A stretch of DNA of 64,000 nucleotides from NCBI GenBank assembly GCA_022825895.1, contig JAJDVX010000041.1:6944-70943 (forward strand), given 5' to 3'. The position numbers were made by a program, and so were the translations under genes. The number at the start of each line of letters is the position of its first letter. Position 1 is the first letter of the stretch. Shown piece after piece: positions 1-10,415 of the stretch. Under the pieces are notes generated by a model. It was given only the letters and a program-made list of their open reading frames with translations. It had not been told where the DNA came from and did not search any database. Origin of the DNA: Chloroflexota bacterium (GTDB lineage: Bacteria > Chloroflexota > UBA11872).

Positions 1-2
1 TG

Positions 3-560
3 GCGGCGGTGCGACCGCACAACCGGCCGGCGCGGCGGCTGGCGGGGGCGGCCAGGCTGCTGAGCACGGCGCCGCTGGCGCGGCGTTCGCTTTCGGAGCG
101 CGTGGCGGGGCAGGTGCTGGCCGCGAACGCCGCTGGGCGGGGACGAGACCTGGCGGAGTGGTTCGAGGTGCGGGTCGGGCCGGAGGACTACTGGGCGCGG
201 CACCTGGACGTGGGGCGGCCGGCGGCGCGGCCGCTGCCGGCGCTGATCGGGCGCGGGCGCAGCCAGGAGGTGCTGGTGAACGCGGTGCTGCCGTTCACGG
301 CGGCGCTGGGCGGCTGGTCGAAGCGGCCGGAGTTGGTGGAGGCGGCGGGCGCGGCGCTGGCCGACCTGGGAGCGGTGGGCTGGAACCGGCACACGCGCTA
401 CATGGCCGACACGCTGCGGCTGGAGCGGCGGGGGCTGGGGTCGGCTCTGGCGCAGCAGGGGCTGTTGCGGATCTACCGCCGCTGGTGCCGGGCGAAGCAG
501 TGCGGCGAATGCCCCGCGGCGGCCGCGGCGATTCCAGCGGCTGCGGTCGTCGGCGAATAG
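3..560 (+). CDS. DUF2851-like protein, C-terminal part (5' truncated by window)
   Basis: Motifs IGxxRxxxVLVNAVLPF and QQGLLRIYRRWC-x3-CxxCP resemble the DUF2851 C-terminus; frame is open from the window edge to TAG at 560. Confidence 0.7.
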   Translation, partial: AAVRPHNRPARRLAGAARLLSTAPLARRSLSERVAGQVLAANAAGRGRDLAEWFEVRVGPEDYWARHLDVGRPAARPLPALIGRGRSQEVLVNAVLPFTAALGGWSKRPELVEAAGAALADLGAVGWNRHTRYMADTLRLERRGLGSALAQQGLLRIYRRWCRAKQCGECPAAAAAIPAAAVVGE

Positions 561-571
561 CGCGGCGCCGG

Positions 572-591
572 GGTCGCCGGTAGCGACCTTT
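572..591 (+). terminator. Possible weak intrinsic terminator after the DUF2851-like gene
   Basis: GGTCGC-cggta-GCGACC stem followed by TTT; the T tract is short. Confidence 0.3.
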
Positions 592-620
592 GCGCGACCC
601 GGGGTTGGTTGCGCGGAAGA

Positions 621-1401
621 CCCTCTCCCCAGCCCTCTCCCACGGGGAGAGGGAGTAAGAATGGACGCAGATTGCCCAGGGAAGGTCTCCGCGGAATCCG
701 TCGTTGGGTGCCCGGAAGACCCTCAGCCCGACCCTGTGCCCCGGGAGAGACCGTTGCGTCACTCGGGCGTGGTTGCGCGGAAGACCCTCACCCCAACCCT
801 CTCCCGCGGGGAGAGGGAGGAAGAGCGGCCGCAGCTTTGAGGACGCCGGGGGGTTACACGAGCCTCAGAAGAAGAAGGGCGGGCGTGGCGGCGCGGGTTG
901 CTGGTGACGTGGCGAGGTTGCTGGGGCCGGCAGCCACCCTCACCCCGACCCTCTCCCTCAAGGGAGAGGGAGGAAGCGGCGCTCCGCCGCTGATAGACGG
1001 CCCGGGTCCTGAGGCTGGGCTGGGATTCGAGGGGCGCGTCGACAAGAAGACGGCTCACCCCCGGATCGAGTCCGGGGCAGGTTCCGGCTTTCTCCCACGG
1101 CGAGACGGAGGAAGAGCGGCCGCAGCTTCGAGGACGTTGGGGGTTTACACGAGTCTCAGGAGAAGAAGGGCGGGCGTGGCGGCGCGGGTTGCTGGTGACG
1201 TGGCGAGGCTGCTCGGGCCGGCAGCCACCCTCACCCCGACCCTCTCCCTCAAGGGAGAGGGAGGAAGAGGCGCTCCGCCGCTGATAGACGGCCCGGGTCC
1301 TGAGGCTGGGCTGGGATTCGAGAGGCGCGTCGACAAGAAGACGGCTCACCCCCCGGATCGAGTCCGGGGCAGGCTCCGGCTTTCTCCCACGGGAGAGGGA
1401 G
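621..1401. repeat. Array of 7 REP/boxC-like palindromic elements, consensus CCCTCACCCC(A/G)ACCCTCTCCC-N2-4-GGGAGAGGGAG
   Basis: Copies at ~621-655, 720-750 (degenerate), 785-819, 937-972, 1054-1110, 1228-1263, 1345-1401; intact copies have a pyrimidine tail plus a CCCTCTCCC/GGGAGAGGG hairpin. Confidence 0.85.
816..1397. repeat. Near-identical tandem duplication, 2 x 291 bp
   Basis: GGAGGAAGAGCGGCCGCAGCTT starts at 816 and 1107; the units align throughout with few substitutions; a partial third start GGAGCAAGAG lies at 1398. Confidence 0.92.
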
Positions 1402-1523
1402 CAAGAGACGCCCCATACTTGAGGGCGCGGGGCGTTTTGCACGGGTCGCCGGAAGCGAGACGGTTGCGAGGCCCGGGTATGGGTGGGCGCCGAGATGATA
1501 CTGACTGGAACTAAGTAAGATTA

Positions 1524-1544
1524 CTTGACAGCGACTCGCTCAAT
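1524..1544. promoter_or_regulatory. HAIR-like HspR operator
   Basis: CTTGACA-N7-GCTCAAT vs consensus CTTGAGT-N7-ACTCAAG (10/14); overlaps the -35 of an operon that encodes HspR. Confidence 0.75.
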
Positions 1545-1553
1545 ATCTACTAT
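1525..1553 (+). promoter_or_regulatory. Sigma70-type promoter of the lon-dnaK operon
   Basis: TTGACA (1525-1530), 17 bp spacer, TACTAT (1548-1553), within a locally AT-rich patch. Confidence 0.88.
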
Positions 1554-1563
1554 CGCTCGTGAC

Positions 1564-4014
1564 ATGACTGGATCAGTGCATTCCGAAGCCGACACCGACG
1601 GCGCCGAGGGCCGCGCGAGCGGGAAGGCGGCGCCGCGGCGCACGGTGGTTTCGGTGCAACCGGAGTCGACGCGCCTGCCGCTGGTGCCGCTGCCGGACTG
1701 GGTGGCGTACCCGGAGCTGACGATGCCGCTGCATGCCAGCCGGGCCGTCTCGGTGGACGCGCTGGCGGCGGCGGCCGAGAACGGCGACCTGGTGGTGGTG
1801 GTGACGCAGCGCCGGGCGCGCAAGACGGTGGATCCGCAGCACCTGTGCTCGGTGGGCACGGCGGCCAGGGTGATTCGCCGGCTGCGCATGCCGGACGGCG
1901 GCGTGCAGGTGCTGCTGGAAGGCCAGTACCGGGCGTCGGTGGACGACATTGAACCGGTCGGGGAGCACTTCGAGGCCAGGGTGACGCCGTTGAGCGTGCG
2001 GTACACGCCGTCGCTGGAGCTGGAGGCGCTGCGGCGCGTGGTGGTGGCGCACGTGGAGGGAGTGGCGGAAGAGACGAACATGTTCGCCCCCGAGACGGTG
2101 GCCATGACCCGGCGCGCCGCCGACCCCGGCTGGCTGGCGGACTACGTGGCGTTTTCCTCCGACATGTCGCCGCACGAGCGGCAGACGGTGCTGGAGACGC
2201 TGGACCTGACCGAGCGGCTGCGCTTCGTGGCGCGCTACCTGGCGAAGCAGGTCGAGATCCTGAACATCCGCAACAAGATCCAGGGTGAGATCCAGGACGG
2301 CATCGAGAAGGTGCAGCGCGACTACTACCTGCGGGAGCAGCTGCGGGCGATCCAGCGCGAGCTGGGCATTTCCACGCCGCAGACGGACGACGCGCAGGAC
2401 CTGAGCGAGCGGGTGGACGCCTCGGACCTGCCGAAGGAGGTGGCGACGAAGGCCCGCCAGGAGATTTCTCGGCTTGACGCCACGCCGCCGACCTCGCCCG
2501 AGGTGGGGGTCATCCGCGGCTACCTGGACTGGCTGCTGACGCTGCCGTGGGCGCACGAGACGCGCGATCACCAGAGCCTGGCGCGGGCGCGGCGGGTGCT
2601 GGACCGCGACCACTACGGGCTGGAGAAGCCCAAGGAGCGGGTGCTGGAGTTCCTGGCGGTGCGGGCGATCTCGACGAAGTTCCGCACGCCGATCGTGTGC
2701 TTTGTCGGCCCGCCGGGCGTGGGCAAGACCAGCCTGGGCCGCTCGATCGCGCGGGCGCTGGGGCGCGAGTTCGTGCGCATTTCGCTGGGCGGGGTGCGCG
2801 ACGAGGCCGAGATCCGCGGGCACCGGCGCACCTACGTGGGGGCGCTGCCGGGGCGGATCATCCAGGCGCTGCGGCGGGCGGGCTCGCGCAACCCGGTGAT
2901 GCTGCTGGACGAGATCGACAAGATCGGGCGGGACTTCCGGGGCGACCCGTCGTCGGCGCTGCTGGAGGTGCTGGACCCCGAATACAACCACAGCTTTTCG
3001 GATCACTACCTGGAGGTGCCGTTCGACCTGTCGCGGGTGCTGTTCGTGACGACCGCGAACACGGCCGAGGACATTCCGGCGGTGCTGCGGGACCGCATGG
3101 AAGTCATCGAGCTGAGCGGGTACACGGAGGACGAGAAGGTGCATATCGCGCAGGGGTTCCTGCTGCCGCGGCAGATTCGCAACCACGGGCTGCGCAAGGC
3201 CGGGGTGACGTTCACGGACCGGGCGGTGCGGGAGGTGATCCGGCACTACACGCGCGAGGCGGGGGTGCGCAACCTGGAACGCGAGCTGGCGGCGGTGTGC
3301 CGCAAATTGGCGCGGCGCATCGCGGCCAACCAGCGCGCGGCCGCGCGGGTGACGCCGCGGCGGGTGCGCAGCGCGCTGGGGCCGGCGAAGTTCCTGCCGG
3401 AGGACGAGTCGCGCACGCCGGAAGTGGGCGTGGCGACGGGCCTGGCGGTGACGCCCGTCGGGGGCGAGGTGCTGGACGTGGAAGCGGCCTGGATCGCGGG
3501 CGCCGGCAAGGTGCGCCTGACGGGACAGCTGGGCGACGTGATGAGCGAGTCGGCGCGGGCCGCGCTGTCGTACGCGCGAGCGCGCACGGGCGTGCTGGGC
3601 GTGGATCCCGGGCTGTTCACCGAGCGCGACCTGCACGTGCACGTGCCGGCCGGCGGGGTGCCGAAAGACGGGCCGTCGGCCGGGATCACGATGGGCGCGG
3701 CGATCATTTCGGCCATGACCGGCCGCCGGGTACGGCGCGAAATCGCCATGACCGGGGAAGTGACCCTGCGGGGGCGGGTGCTGCCGATCGGGGGACTGAA
3801 GGAGAAGGTGCTGGCCGCGCATCGGGCGGGCCTGCACACGGTAATCGCGCCGGAGGAGAACCGGCCGGACCTGGAGGGCATTCCCGCGCGGGTGCGCAAG
3901 CAGATGCGCTTCGTGTGGGTGAAGGACATGGACAGCGTGCTTTCGACCGTATTGATGAACGAATCCGCGGGGCCGGATCACAAGGGACCGGCGGCCGCGT
4001 CCGGATCAGCCTAG
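1564..4014 (+). CDS. lon: ATP-dependent Lon protease (endopeptidase La)
   Basis: LON N domain, Walker [20 protein letters not shown], catalytic PKDGPSAG and IGGLKEK. Start moved to ATG 1564 (alternative GTG 1576) because the ORF-track TTG at 1525 is the -35 box. Confidence 0.96.
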   Translation: MTGSVHSEADTDGAEGRASGKAAPRRTVVSVQPESTRLPLVPLPDWVAYPELTMPLHASRAVSVDALAAAAENGDLVVVVTQRRARKTVDPQHLCSVGTAARVIRRLRMPDGGVQVLLEGQYRASVDDIEPVGEHFEARVTPLSVRYTPSLELEALRRVVVAHVEGVAEETNMFAPETVAMTRRAADPGWLADYVAFSSDMSPHERQTVLETLDLTERLRFVARYLAKQVEILNIRNKIQGEIQDGIEKVQRDYYLREQLRAIQRELGISTPQTDDAQDLSERVDASDLPKEVATKARQEISRLDATPPTSPEVGVIRGYLDWLLTLPWAHETRDHQSLARARRVLDRDHYGLEKPKERVLEFLAVRAISTKFRTPIVCFVGPPGVGKTSLGRSIARALGREFVRISLGGVRDEAEIRGHRRTYVGALPGRIIQALRRAGSRNPVMLLDEIDKIGRDFRGDPSSALLEVLDPEYNHSFSDHYLEVPFDLSRVLFVTTANTAEDIPAVLRDRMEVIELSGYTEDEKVHIAQGFLLPRQIRNHGLRKAGVTFTDRAVREVIRHYTREAGVRNLERELAAVCRKLARRIAANQRAAARVTPRRVRSALGPAKFLPEDESRTPEVGVATGLAVTPVGGEVLDVEAAWIAGAGKVRLTGQLGDVMSESARAALSYARARTGVLGVDPGLFTERDLHVHVPAGGVPKDGPSAGITMGAAIISAMTGRRVRREIAMTGEVTLRGRVLPIGGLKEKVLAAHRAGLHTVIAPEENRPDLEGIPARVRKQMRFVWVKDMDSVLSTVLMNESAGPDHKGPAAASGSA

Positions 4015-4024
4015 GAGGCAGCAG

Positions 4025-5929
4025 ATGGCGAGCAAGATCATCGGGATCGACCTGGGGACGACGAACTCCGTCGTGGCCGTGATGGAGGGCGGCGACCCGA
4101 CCGTGGTCACGAACTCCGAGGGCAGCCGCCTGACGCCGTCGGTGGTGGCCTACGGCAAGGGCGGCCAGCGCCTGGTGGGTCAGCTGGCGCGGCGGCAGGC
4201 GGTGATGAATCCCAAGAACACGATCAACTCCTCCAAGCGGTTCGTCGGCCGACGGCTGACGGAAGTCGGGGACGAGTCCGCCGCGGTGACGTTCGACGTG
4301 ACCGAGGGCCGGGCGGGCGAGGTGCTGATCAAGATCCCGGAGAGCGGGCGCGAGGTGACGCCGGAAGAGATTTCGGCGGTGGTGCTGCAGAAGCTGAAGG
4401 CCGACGCCGAGAAATACCTGGGCGAGGACGTCACCGACGCCGTGATCACGGTGCCGGCCTACTTCAACGACTCGCAGCGGCAGTCGACGCGCAACGCGGG
4501 CGAGATCGCCGGCCTGAACGTGCGGCGCATCATCAACGAGCCGACGGCGGCGGCGTTGGCGTACGGCCTGGACAAGCGCGGGGCCGAGACGATCCTGGTG
4601 TGGGACCTGGGCGGCGGCACGTTCGACGTGACCATCCTGGAGGTGGGCGACGGGGTATTCGAGGTCAAGGCCACCAACGGCGACACCCACCTGGGCGGCG
4701 ACGACTACGACCGGCGGGTGGTGGACCACGTGGCGGACGACTTCCTGCGGGCCGAGGGCATCGACCTGCGCAAGGACCCGCAGGCGCTGCAGCGGCTGAT
4801 CGAGGCCTCGGAGAAGGCCAAGCAGGAGCTGTCGTCGGTGCCGCAGGCGCAGATCAGCCTGCCGTTCATCACGGCGGACCAGACGGGGCCCAAGCACCTG
4901 GACGTGGCGCTGACGCGGGCGGAGTTCGAGCGGCTGACGGAGGACCTGACGCAGCGCTGCGTGGAACCCTTCCGCCGGGCGCTGGGCGACGCAGGCATCC
5001 GGGCCTCCGAGATCAATGAAGTGGTGCTGGTGGGCGGTTCGACGCGCATGCCGGCGGTGCAGACGCTGGTGCGCGAGCTGACCGGCAAGGAGCCCAGCCA
5101 GGGCGTCAACCCGGACGAGGTGGTGGCCATCGGCGCCGCGATCCAGGGCGGCGTGCTGGCGGGCGAGGTGGAGGACGTGGTGTTGCTGGACGTGACGCCG
5201 CTGTCGCTGGGCGTGGAAACACTGGGCGGCGTGCTGACGGCGTTGATTCCCAGGAACACCACCATCCCCACCAGCAAGTCGGAGATCTTCTCGACGGCCG
5301 ACGACGGGCAGACGGCGGTGGACATTCACGTGCTGCAGGGCGAGCGCCCGATGGCGCGCGACAACACGACGCTGGGCCGGTTCCGGCTGGAAGGCATCCC
5401 GTCGGCGCCGCGCGGCGTGCCGCAGATCGAAGTGACGTTCGACATCGACGCGAACGGGATCGTGAACGTCTCGGCCAAGGACCTGGCGACGGCCAAGGAG
5501 CAGCGCATCACGATCACGGCCAGCACGAACCTGTCGGACGAGCAGGTGGATGCGCTGGTGCAGGAGGCCGAGCAGCATGCCGCCGAGGACCGCCGGCAGC
5601 TGGAAGAGGCGGAACTGCGCAACAACGCGGACAGCCTGGCGTACCAGACCGAGCGCCTGATCAGCGAGAACGGCGACAAGATCGAAGCGGACGACCGGCA
5701 GGCGGCCGAGCGGGCCATCGCCGACGTGCGCACGTCGCTGGAGGGCGAGGACCTGGAGGCGATCCGCAGCGCGGTGGCCGTGCTGCAGACGGCGGCCCAG
5801 AAGCTGGGCGAGCAGATGTACCAGGCGGCGCCCGGGGCCGACGGCGCCGAAGCGCCCCCGAGCGCGGACGAGGCCGCGGCGGACGACGACGTGGTCGACG
5901 CCGAGTTCGAGGCCGCGGACGAGAAGTAG
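4025..5929 (+). CDS. dnaK: Chaperone DnaK (Hsp70)
   Basis: [26 protein letters not shown]-terminal VVDAEFE; AGGAGG RBS upstream. Confidence 0.99.
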   Translation: MASKIIGIDLGTTNSVVAVMEGGDPTVVTNSEGSRLTPSVVAYGKGGQRLVGQLARRQAVMNPKNTINSSKRFVGRRLTEVGDESAAVTFDVTEGRAGEVLIKIPESGREVTPEEISAVVLQKLKADAEKYLGEDVTDAVITVPAYFNDSQRQSTRNAGEIAGLNVRRIINEPTAAALAYGLDKRGAETILVWDLGGGTFDVTILEVGDGVFEVKATNGDTHLGGDDYDRRVVDHVADDFLRAEGIDLRKDPQALQRLIEASEKAKQELSSVPQAQISLPFITADQTGPKHLDVALTRAEFERLTEDLTQRCVEPFRRALGDAGIRASEINEVVLVGGSTRMPAVQTLVRELTGKEPSQGVNPDEVVAIGAAIQGGVLAGEVEDVVLLDVTPLSLGVETLGGVLTALIPRNTTIPTSKSEIFSTADDGQTAVDIHVLQGERPMARDNTTLGRFRLEGIPSAPRGVPQIEVTFDIDANGIVNVSAKDLATAKEQRITITASTNLSDEQVDALVQEAEQHAAEDRRQLEEAELRNNADSLAYQTERLISENGDKIEADDRQAAERAIADVRTSLEGEDLEAIRSAVAVLQTAAQKLGEQMYQAAPGADGAEAPPSADEAAADDDVVDAEFEAADEK

Positions 5930-5935
5930 CGCCCG

Positions 5936-6439
5936 ATGCACGCCGATTCCCACGACAGCGAGGCCACGGCCGCCGCCAGCGACCGCGAAGCGGAGCTGGA
6001 GGCCGAGGTGGCCTCGCTGAACGACCAGTTGCTGCGCCTGCGCGCCGAGATGGATAACTTCCGGAAGCGCGTGAACCGCACGACGGACGACCTGATCCAG
6101 CAGGCCAAGTCGTCGCTGCTGCGCGACATCCTGCGCGTGGCGGACGACCTGGACCGGACGCTGGCGGCGCTGGACGCCGGCTCGGACCCGGAGAGCGCGC
6201 GGGAGGGCGTGCAGCTGACGCGCAGCCAGCTGACGTCGCTCCTGCAGGCGCGCGGGGTGCGGGCGATCGAGACGGACGGCGTCTTCGATCCCCACTGGCA
6301 CGAGGCGGTGGCCACGCGGCCGAGCGCGGACGTGCCGGCGGGCACGATCACGGCGGAGTTGCAACCGGGCTACCGCTGGGGCGACGATGTGCTGCGCGCG
6401 GCTCGGGTTGAAGTGGCCGTGGCGGACGACGGGACGTAG
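5936..6439 (+). CDS. grpE: Nucleotide exchange factor GrpE (copy 1)
   Basis: [27 protein letters not shown]...VLRAARVEV; follows dnaK. Confidence 0.93.
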   Translation: MHADSHDSEATAAASDREAELEAEVASLNDQLLRLRAEMDNFRKRVNRTTDDLIQQAKSSLLRDILRVADDLDRTLAALDAGSDPESAREGVQLTRSQLTSLLQARGVRAIETDGVFDPHWHEAVATRPSADVPAGTITAELQPGYRWGDDVLRAARVEVAVADDGT

Positions 6440-6448
6440 GCGGCGCCC

Positions 6449-7372
6449 GTGGAATACAAGGACTACTACCAGACCCTGGGTGTTCCACGGAATGCGTCGC
6501 CGGACGACATCAAGTCGGCGTACCGGCGGCTGGCACGGCGCTACCACCCGGATGTGAATCCGGACGATCCGGCGGCCGAGGCGAAGTTCAAGGAGATCAA
6601 CGAAGCGCACGAGGTGCTGAGCGACCCGACGAAGCGGCAGCAGTACGACCGGTTCGGCTCGAACTGGCGGCGGACGGGCTCCTTCGACGAGGCGTTTCGG
6701 CAGAGCGGCGTGCGGATGGACGGGTTCGGCGACTTTTTCGGCGGCGGGGCGTCGGGGTTCAGCGAGTTCTTCGAGACGCTCTTCGGCGGGCGCGTGGGAC
6801 CGCAGCGGCCGCAGCAGGCGAACGTTGAGGAGACGCTGCAGGTGAGCCTGCCGGAGGTGCTGAACGGCGGGCGGCGGGCCCTGACGATGCGAGTGCCCTC
6901 GCCGGACGGCCGCGTGCGGCAGCGCCGGATCGACGTGACGATTCCACAGGGCGTGCGCGACGGGCAGCGGCTGCGGGTGGCCGGGGAAGGCGCGGTTCGG
7001 GCCGACGGGTCGCGCGGCGACCTGTTCCTGCGGATCCGGGTGGAGGATGGATCCGCGTTCACGCGCAATGGCGACGACCTGGCGACGGAGGTGTCGATCG
7101 GGTTGAGCGAGGCCATGCTGGGCGCGCAGGTGGAGGTGCCAACGCCGTCGGGTTCGCCGCTGACGGTGCGGGTGCCGGCGGAGACGCAGCACGGCAGCCG
7201 GCTGCGGCTGCGCGGGCAGGGTTTGCCGCGGGCCGGCGGCGACGGGCGCGGCGACATGCTGGTGCGGATCCTGGTGCGTTTGCCGCGCAACCTGAGCTCG
7301 CGCGAGCAGGACCTGTTCAGGGAACTGGCGGCGATTCGCGGCGAGGTTCCGACGCCGACGGCGGTGAGCTGA
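6449..7372 (+). CDS. Class II J-domain protein (CbpA/DnaJ-like, no zinc finger)
   Basis: J domain with HPD, G/F region and [12 protein letters not shown], DnaJ C-terminal domain; no CxxCxGxG repeats. Confidence 0.92.
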   Translation: MEYKDYYQTLGVPRNASPDDIKSAYRRLARRYHPDVNPDDPAAEAKFKEINEAHEVLSDPTKRQQYDRFGSNWRRTGSFDEAFRQSGVRMDGFGDFFGGGASGFSEFFETLFGGRVGPQRPQQANVEETLQVSLPEVLNGGRRALTMRVPSPDGRVRQRRIDVTIPQGVRDGQRLRVAGEGAVRADGSRGDLFLRIRVEDGSAFTRNGDDLATEVSIGLSEAMLGAQVEVPTPSGSPLTVRVPAETQHGSRLRLRGQGLPRAGGDGRGDMLVRILVRLPRNLSSREQDLFRELAAIRGEVPTPTAVS

Positions 7373-7373
7373 C

Positions 7374-7799
7374 GTGGTGTTCGACAGCGACGACGGCGAC
7401 CGGCCCGGCGACGACCTGCGCTCACGCCCGGCGTATTTCATCGGGGTGGTGGCGGAAATCACGGAGGTGCATCCGCAGACGCTGCGCCACTACGAGCGCA
7501 TCGGGCTGGTGAAGCCCAGCCGCTCGCCGGGCAACGTGCGCATGTTTTCGCAGGAGGACATCGAGCGGGTGCGGCTGATCCAGCGGTTGACCTCCGAGTT
7601 GGGGGTGAACCTGGCGGGGGTGGAGGTGGTGCTGAACATGCGCGACCGCTACCAGCGGCAGGCGCTGGAGCACCAGCAGGACCTGCGGGAAATGCGGCAG
7701 CGCTACGAAGCGGAGATTCAACGCCTGCGCAACGCCCTGCGGCGCGCCACGCGAGATCCGGGCGCGCCGCCATACCGGAACAGGCGGCCGCCGCCATGA
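7374..7799 (+). CDS. hspR: MerR-family heat-shock repressor HspR
   Basis: YFIGVVAE...VHPQTLRHYERIGL...LGVNLAGV; position after dnaK-grpE-dnaJ; HAIR-like site at the promoter. Confidence 0.88.
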   Translation: MVFDSDDGDRPGDDLRSRPAYFIGVVAEITEVHPQTLRHYERIGLVKPSRSPGNVRMFSQEDIERVRLIQRLTSELGVNLAGVEVVLNMRDRYQRQALEHQQDLREMRQRYEAEIQRLRNALRRATRDPGAPPYRNRRPPP

Positions 7800-10312
7800 T
7801 GAATTTCGAGAAGTTCACGGAGAAGGCGCAGGAGACGATCCAGACGGCGCAGTCGATCATGCTGGAGAGCAGCCACAATCAGCTGGACGCCGATCACGTG
7901 CTGATGGCGCTGCTGGATCAGAACGACTCGCTGGCGGTGCGAATCCTGCAGCGGTTGCGCGTGTCGCCGGACCTGGCGCGGGGCGAGGCCAAGCGCGCCC
8001 TGGGGGCCAAGCCGCGGGTGACGTCGGAGCAGTCAGACGGCCCGATCGCGCAGGGGCAGATGTTCGTTACGCCGCAGGCGGTGGCGATTATCCAGGCGGC
8101 GGGCGAGGAAGCGGACCGGCTGGACGACGAGTACGTGGGGAACGAGCACCTGCTGCTGGCGCTGACGAAGTCGCAGGACACGCAGGCCGGGCGGATCCTG
8201 CGTCAAATCGGCGTGGACGCCGAGAGCGTGTACCGGGCGCTGCGCGAGATCCGGGGCGCGCAGCGGTCGTCCACGCCGAGCGCGGAGAGCCGCTACGAAG
8301 TCCTCGAGAAATACAGCGTGAACCTGACGGACCTGGCGCGCGCAGGACGGCTGGATCCGGTGATCGGGCGAAAGGCCGAGATCCGGCGGGTGATCCAGGT
8401 GCTGGCGCGGCGGACCAAGAACAACCCGGCGTTGATCGGGGAGCCAGGGGTGGGCAAGACGGCGATCGTAGAGGGCCTGGCGCAGCGAATCTCCGGCGGC
8501 GACGTGCCGGAGCTCCTGCGGGGACGCGAGGTGCTGGCGATCGACATGGGGGCGATGCTGGCGGGGGCGAAGTTCCGCGGCGAGTTCGAGGAGCGGCTGA
8601 AGGCGGTGATCAACGAGGTTCGGGCCGGCGAGGGGCAGATCATCCTGTTCTTCGACGAGCTGCACCAGGCGGTGGGCGCGGGCGGGGCGGACGGCGCGAT
8701 CGACGCCGCCACGATGCTGAAGCCGGCGCTGGCGCGCGGCGAGTTGCAGGCGATCGGGGCGACCACGTTCGACGAGTACCGGCAGCACGTGGAGAAGGAC
8801 AAGGCGCTGGCGCGACGGTTCCAGCCGGTGCACATCGAGGCGCCGAGCATCGAGGAAACGGTGCAGGTGCTGGAGGGCATTCGCAATCGCTACGAGGAGC
8901 ACCACGGACTGACGATCAGCGACGCGGCGCTACAGGCCGCGGTGGAGCTGTCGGAGCGCTACCTCACGGAGCGGTTCCTGCCGGACAAGGCCATCGACCT
9001 GATCGACGAGGCGGCGGCCAAGGTGCGGGTGGACATCTTCGACGCGCCGGACGAACTGCGGCAGGCGATGAAGGTGATCGAGAACCTGAAGGCCGACGAG
9101 GAAGCGGCCTGGCGGCGGCGCGACTATGAGCTGGCGGCGAACCTGAAGTCCGAGGTGCTGCAGAACGAGGCGCAGCTGGAGTCGGCCCGCAAGAAGTGGC
9201 TGGCCGAGCAGGACCTGACCGAGACGGTGAACGCGGACGACGTGGCGGAAGTGGTTTCGAGCATTACGGGCGTGCCGGTGGCGCGGATGTTCGAGGAAGA
9301 GGCGGAGCGGCTGCTGGGGATGGAAGCGGCGCTGCACCGGCGCCTGATCAACCAGGACGAGGCGGTGGCGGCGGTGGCGGACGCGATTCGGCGCTCGCGC
9401 AGCGGAATCGGCGACCCGGCCCGGCCGATGGGATCGTTCATCTTCCTGGGGCCGACGGGGGTGGGCAAGACCGAACTGGCGCGGGCGCTGGCCGAGTTCA
9501 TGTTCGACGACGAGGCGGCGCTGCTGCGGGTGGACATGTCGGAGTACGGCGAACGGCACACGGTGAGCCGGCTGATCGGCGCGCCGCCGGGGTACGTGGG
9601 CTATGACGACGCGGCGCAACTGACCGAGCGGGTGCGCCGACGGCCGTACCAGGTGGTGCTGTTCGACGAGATCGAGAAGGCGCACCCGGAGGTGTTCAAC
9701 GTGCTGCTGCAGGTGCTGGACGACGGGCGGCTGACGGACGGGCACGGCCGGCAGGTCAATTTCTCCAACACGATCATCATCATGACGTCGAACGTGGGTG
9801 CGCAGCACATCCGGCGGGAGAACCAGCTCGGGTTCGGGGTGCCGGCCGGGGACGACGCGGCGAGCGAGGCGCGAGACCACCGCGAGATGCGGGCGCGCCT
9901 GATGACGGACCTGCGCAAGCGGTTCCGGCCGGAGTTCCTGAACCGGATCGACGAGATCATCATCTTCCACTCGCTGACGCAGCCGCAGCTGCGGGAGATC
10001 GTGGACCTGATGGCGTCGCAACTGGCCGACCGGCTGGAGGGGCAGCGGATTGCCGTGGAACTGACGACGGCGGCCAAAGACCTGGTGCTGGCGATGGGCT
10101 GGGACCCGAACTACGGGGCGCGTCCGCTGCGCCGGACGATGCAGCGGGAGATCGAGAACGTGATCGCGCGCATGCTGCTGCGGCACGAGTGCGGCGAGGG
10201 CAGCACGGTGCGGGTGGACGCGGCGGACGGCGAGTTCAGCTTTGCGGCGGTTGGGCCGGCCGATGCGGTGGCGCCGACGGAACCGGCGGCGGAGGTCGCG
10301 GCCGGGGGATAG
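7796..10312 (+). CDS. Class I Clp/Hsp100 ATPase (ClpC-like features, in the ClpB position)
   Basis: Clp_N repeats, two AAA+ modules ([16 protein letters not shown]), short coiled-coil M domain, LGF loop; ATGA overlap with hspR. Confidence 0.93.
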   Translation: MMNFEKFTEKAQETIQTAQSIMLESSHNQLDADHVLMALLDQNDSLAVRILQRLRVSPDLARGEAKRALGAKPRVTSEQSDGPIAQGQMFVTPQAVAIIQAAGEEADRLDDEYVGNEHLLLALTKSQDTQAGRILRQIGVDAESVYRALREIRGAQRSSTPSAESRYEVLEKYSVNLTDLARAGRLDPVIGRKAEIRRVIQVLARRTKNNPALIGEPGVGKTAIVEGLAQRISGGDVPELLRGREVLAIDMGAMLAGAKFRGEFEERLKAVINEVRAGEGQIILFFDELHQAVGAGGADGAIDAATMLKPALARGELQAIGATTFDEYRQHVEKDKALARRFQPVHIEAPSIEETVQVLEGIRNRYEEHHGLTISDAALQAAVELSERYLTERFLPDKAIDLIDEAAAKVRVDIFDAPDELRQAMKVIENLKADEEAAWRRRDYELAANLKSEVLQNEAQLESARKKWLAEQDLTETVNADDVAEVVSSITGVPVARMFEEEAERLLGMEAALHRRLINQDEAVAAVADAIRRSRSGIGDPARPMGSFIFLGPTGVGKTELARALAEFMFDDEAALLRVDMSEYGERHTVSRLIGAPPGYVGYDDAAQLTERVRRRPYQVVLFDEIEKAHPEVFNVLLQVLDDGRLTDGHGRQVNFSNTIIIMTSNVGAQHIRRENQLGFGVPAGDDAASEARDHREMRARLMTDLRKRFRPEFLNRIDEIIIFHSLTQPQLREIVDLMASQLADRLEGQRIAVELTTAAKDLVLAMGWDPNYGARPLRRTMQREIENVIARMLLRHECGEGSTVRVDAADGEFSFAAVGPADAVAPTEPAAEVAAGG

Positions 10313-10357
10313 CTGGGCGGCGGAGGGCGCGCAACCTCAAGCGGCAGCCGGGTTGCC

Positions 10358-10386
10358 TTGCCAGTGGTCCCGCGACGGGGCACGAT
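10358..10386 (+). promoter_or_regulatory. Possible sigma70-type promoter for creatininase-NUDIX
   Basis: TTGCCA-N17-CACGAT, 30 bp upstream of ATG 10416. Confidence 0.4.
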
Positions 10387-10415
10387 TCGCCGAATCGACG
10401 CTTCGAGGGCTTGCG

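Noticed and set aside
621-1401. CRISPR array
   Set aside because: Spacing is irregular (~65-175 bp), repeats are degenerate, intervening sequences are duplicated rather than unique, and no cas genes are present.
609-1514. 301-aa ORF across the repeat region (and antisense 759-1442)
   Set aside because: Made of translated repeats (PSPQPSP, TLTPTLS) read in different frames. The two duplicated units shift frame relative to each other, and there is no RBS or coding-like codon bias.
1525-1563. TTG start of lon given by the ORF track
   Set aside because: That TTG is the -35 hexamer TTGACA and lies upstream of the predicted transcription start.
1573-10186. Very long antisense ORFs (1573-3981, 3704-7462, 8930-10186; likewise 26523-29393 and others)
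   Set aside because: Shadow ORFs opposite well-supported genes, expected from high GC and codon bias; no recognisable motifs.
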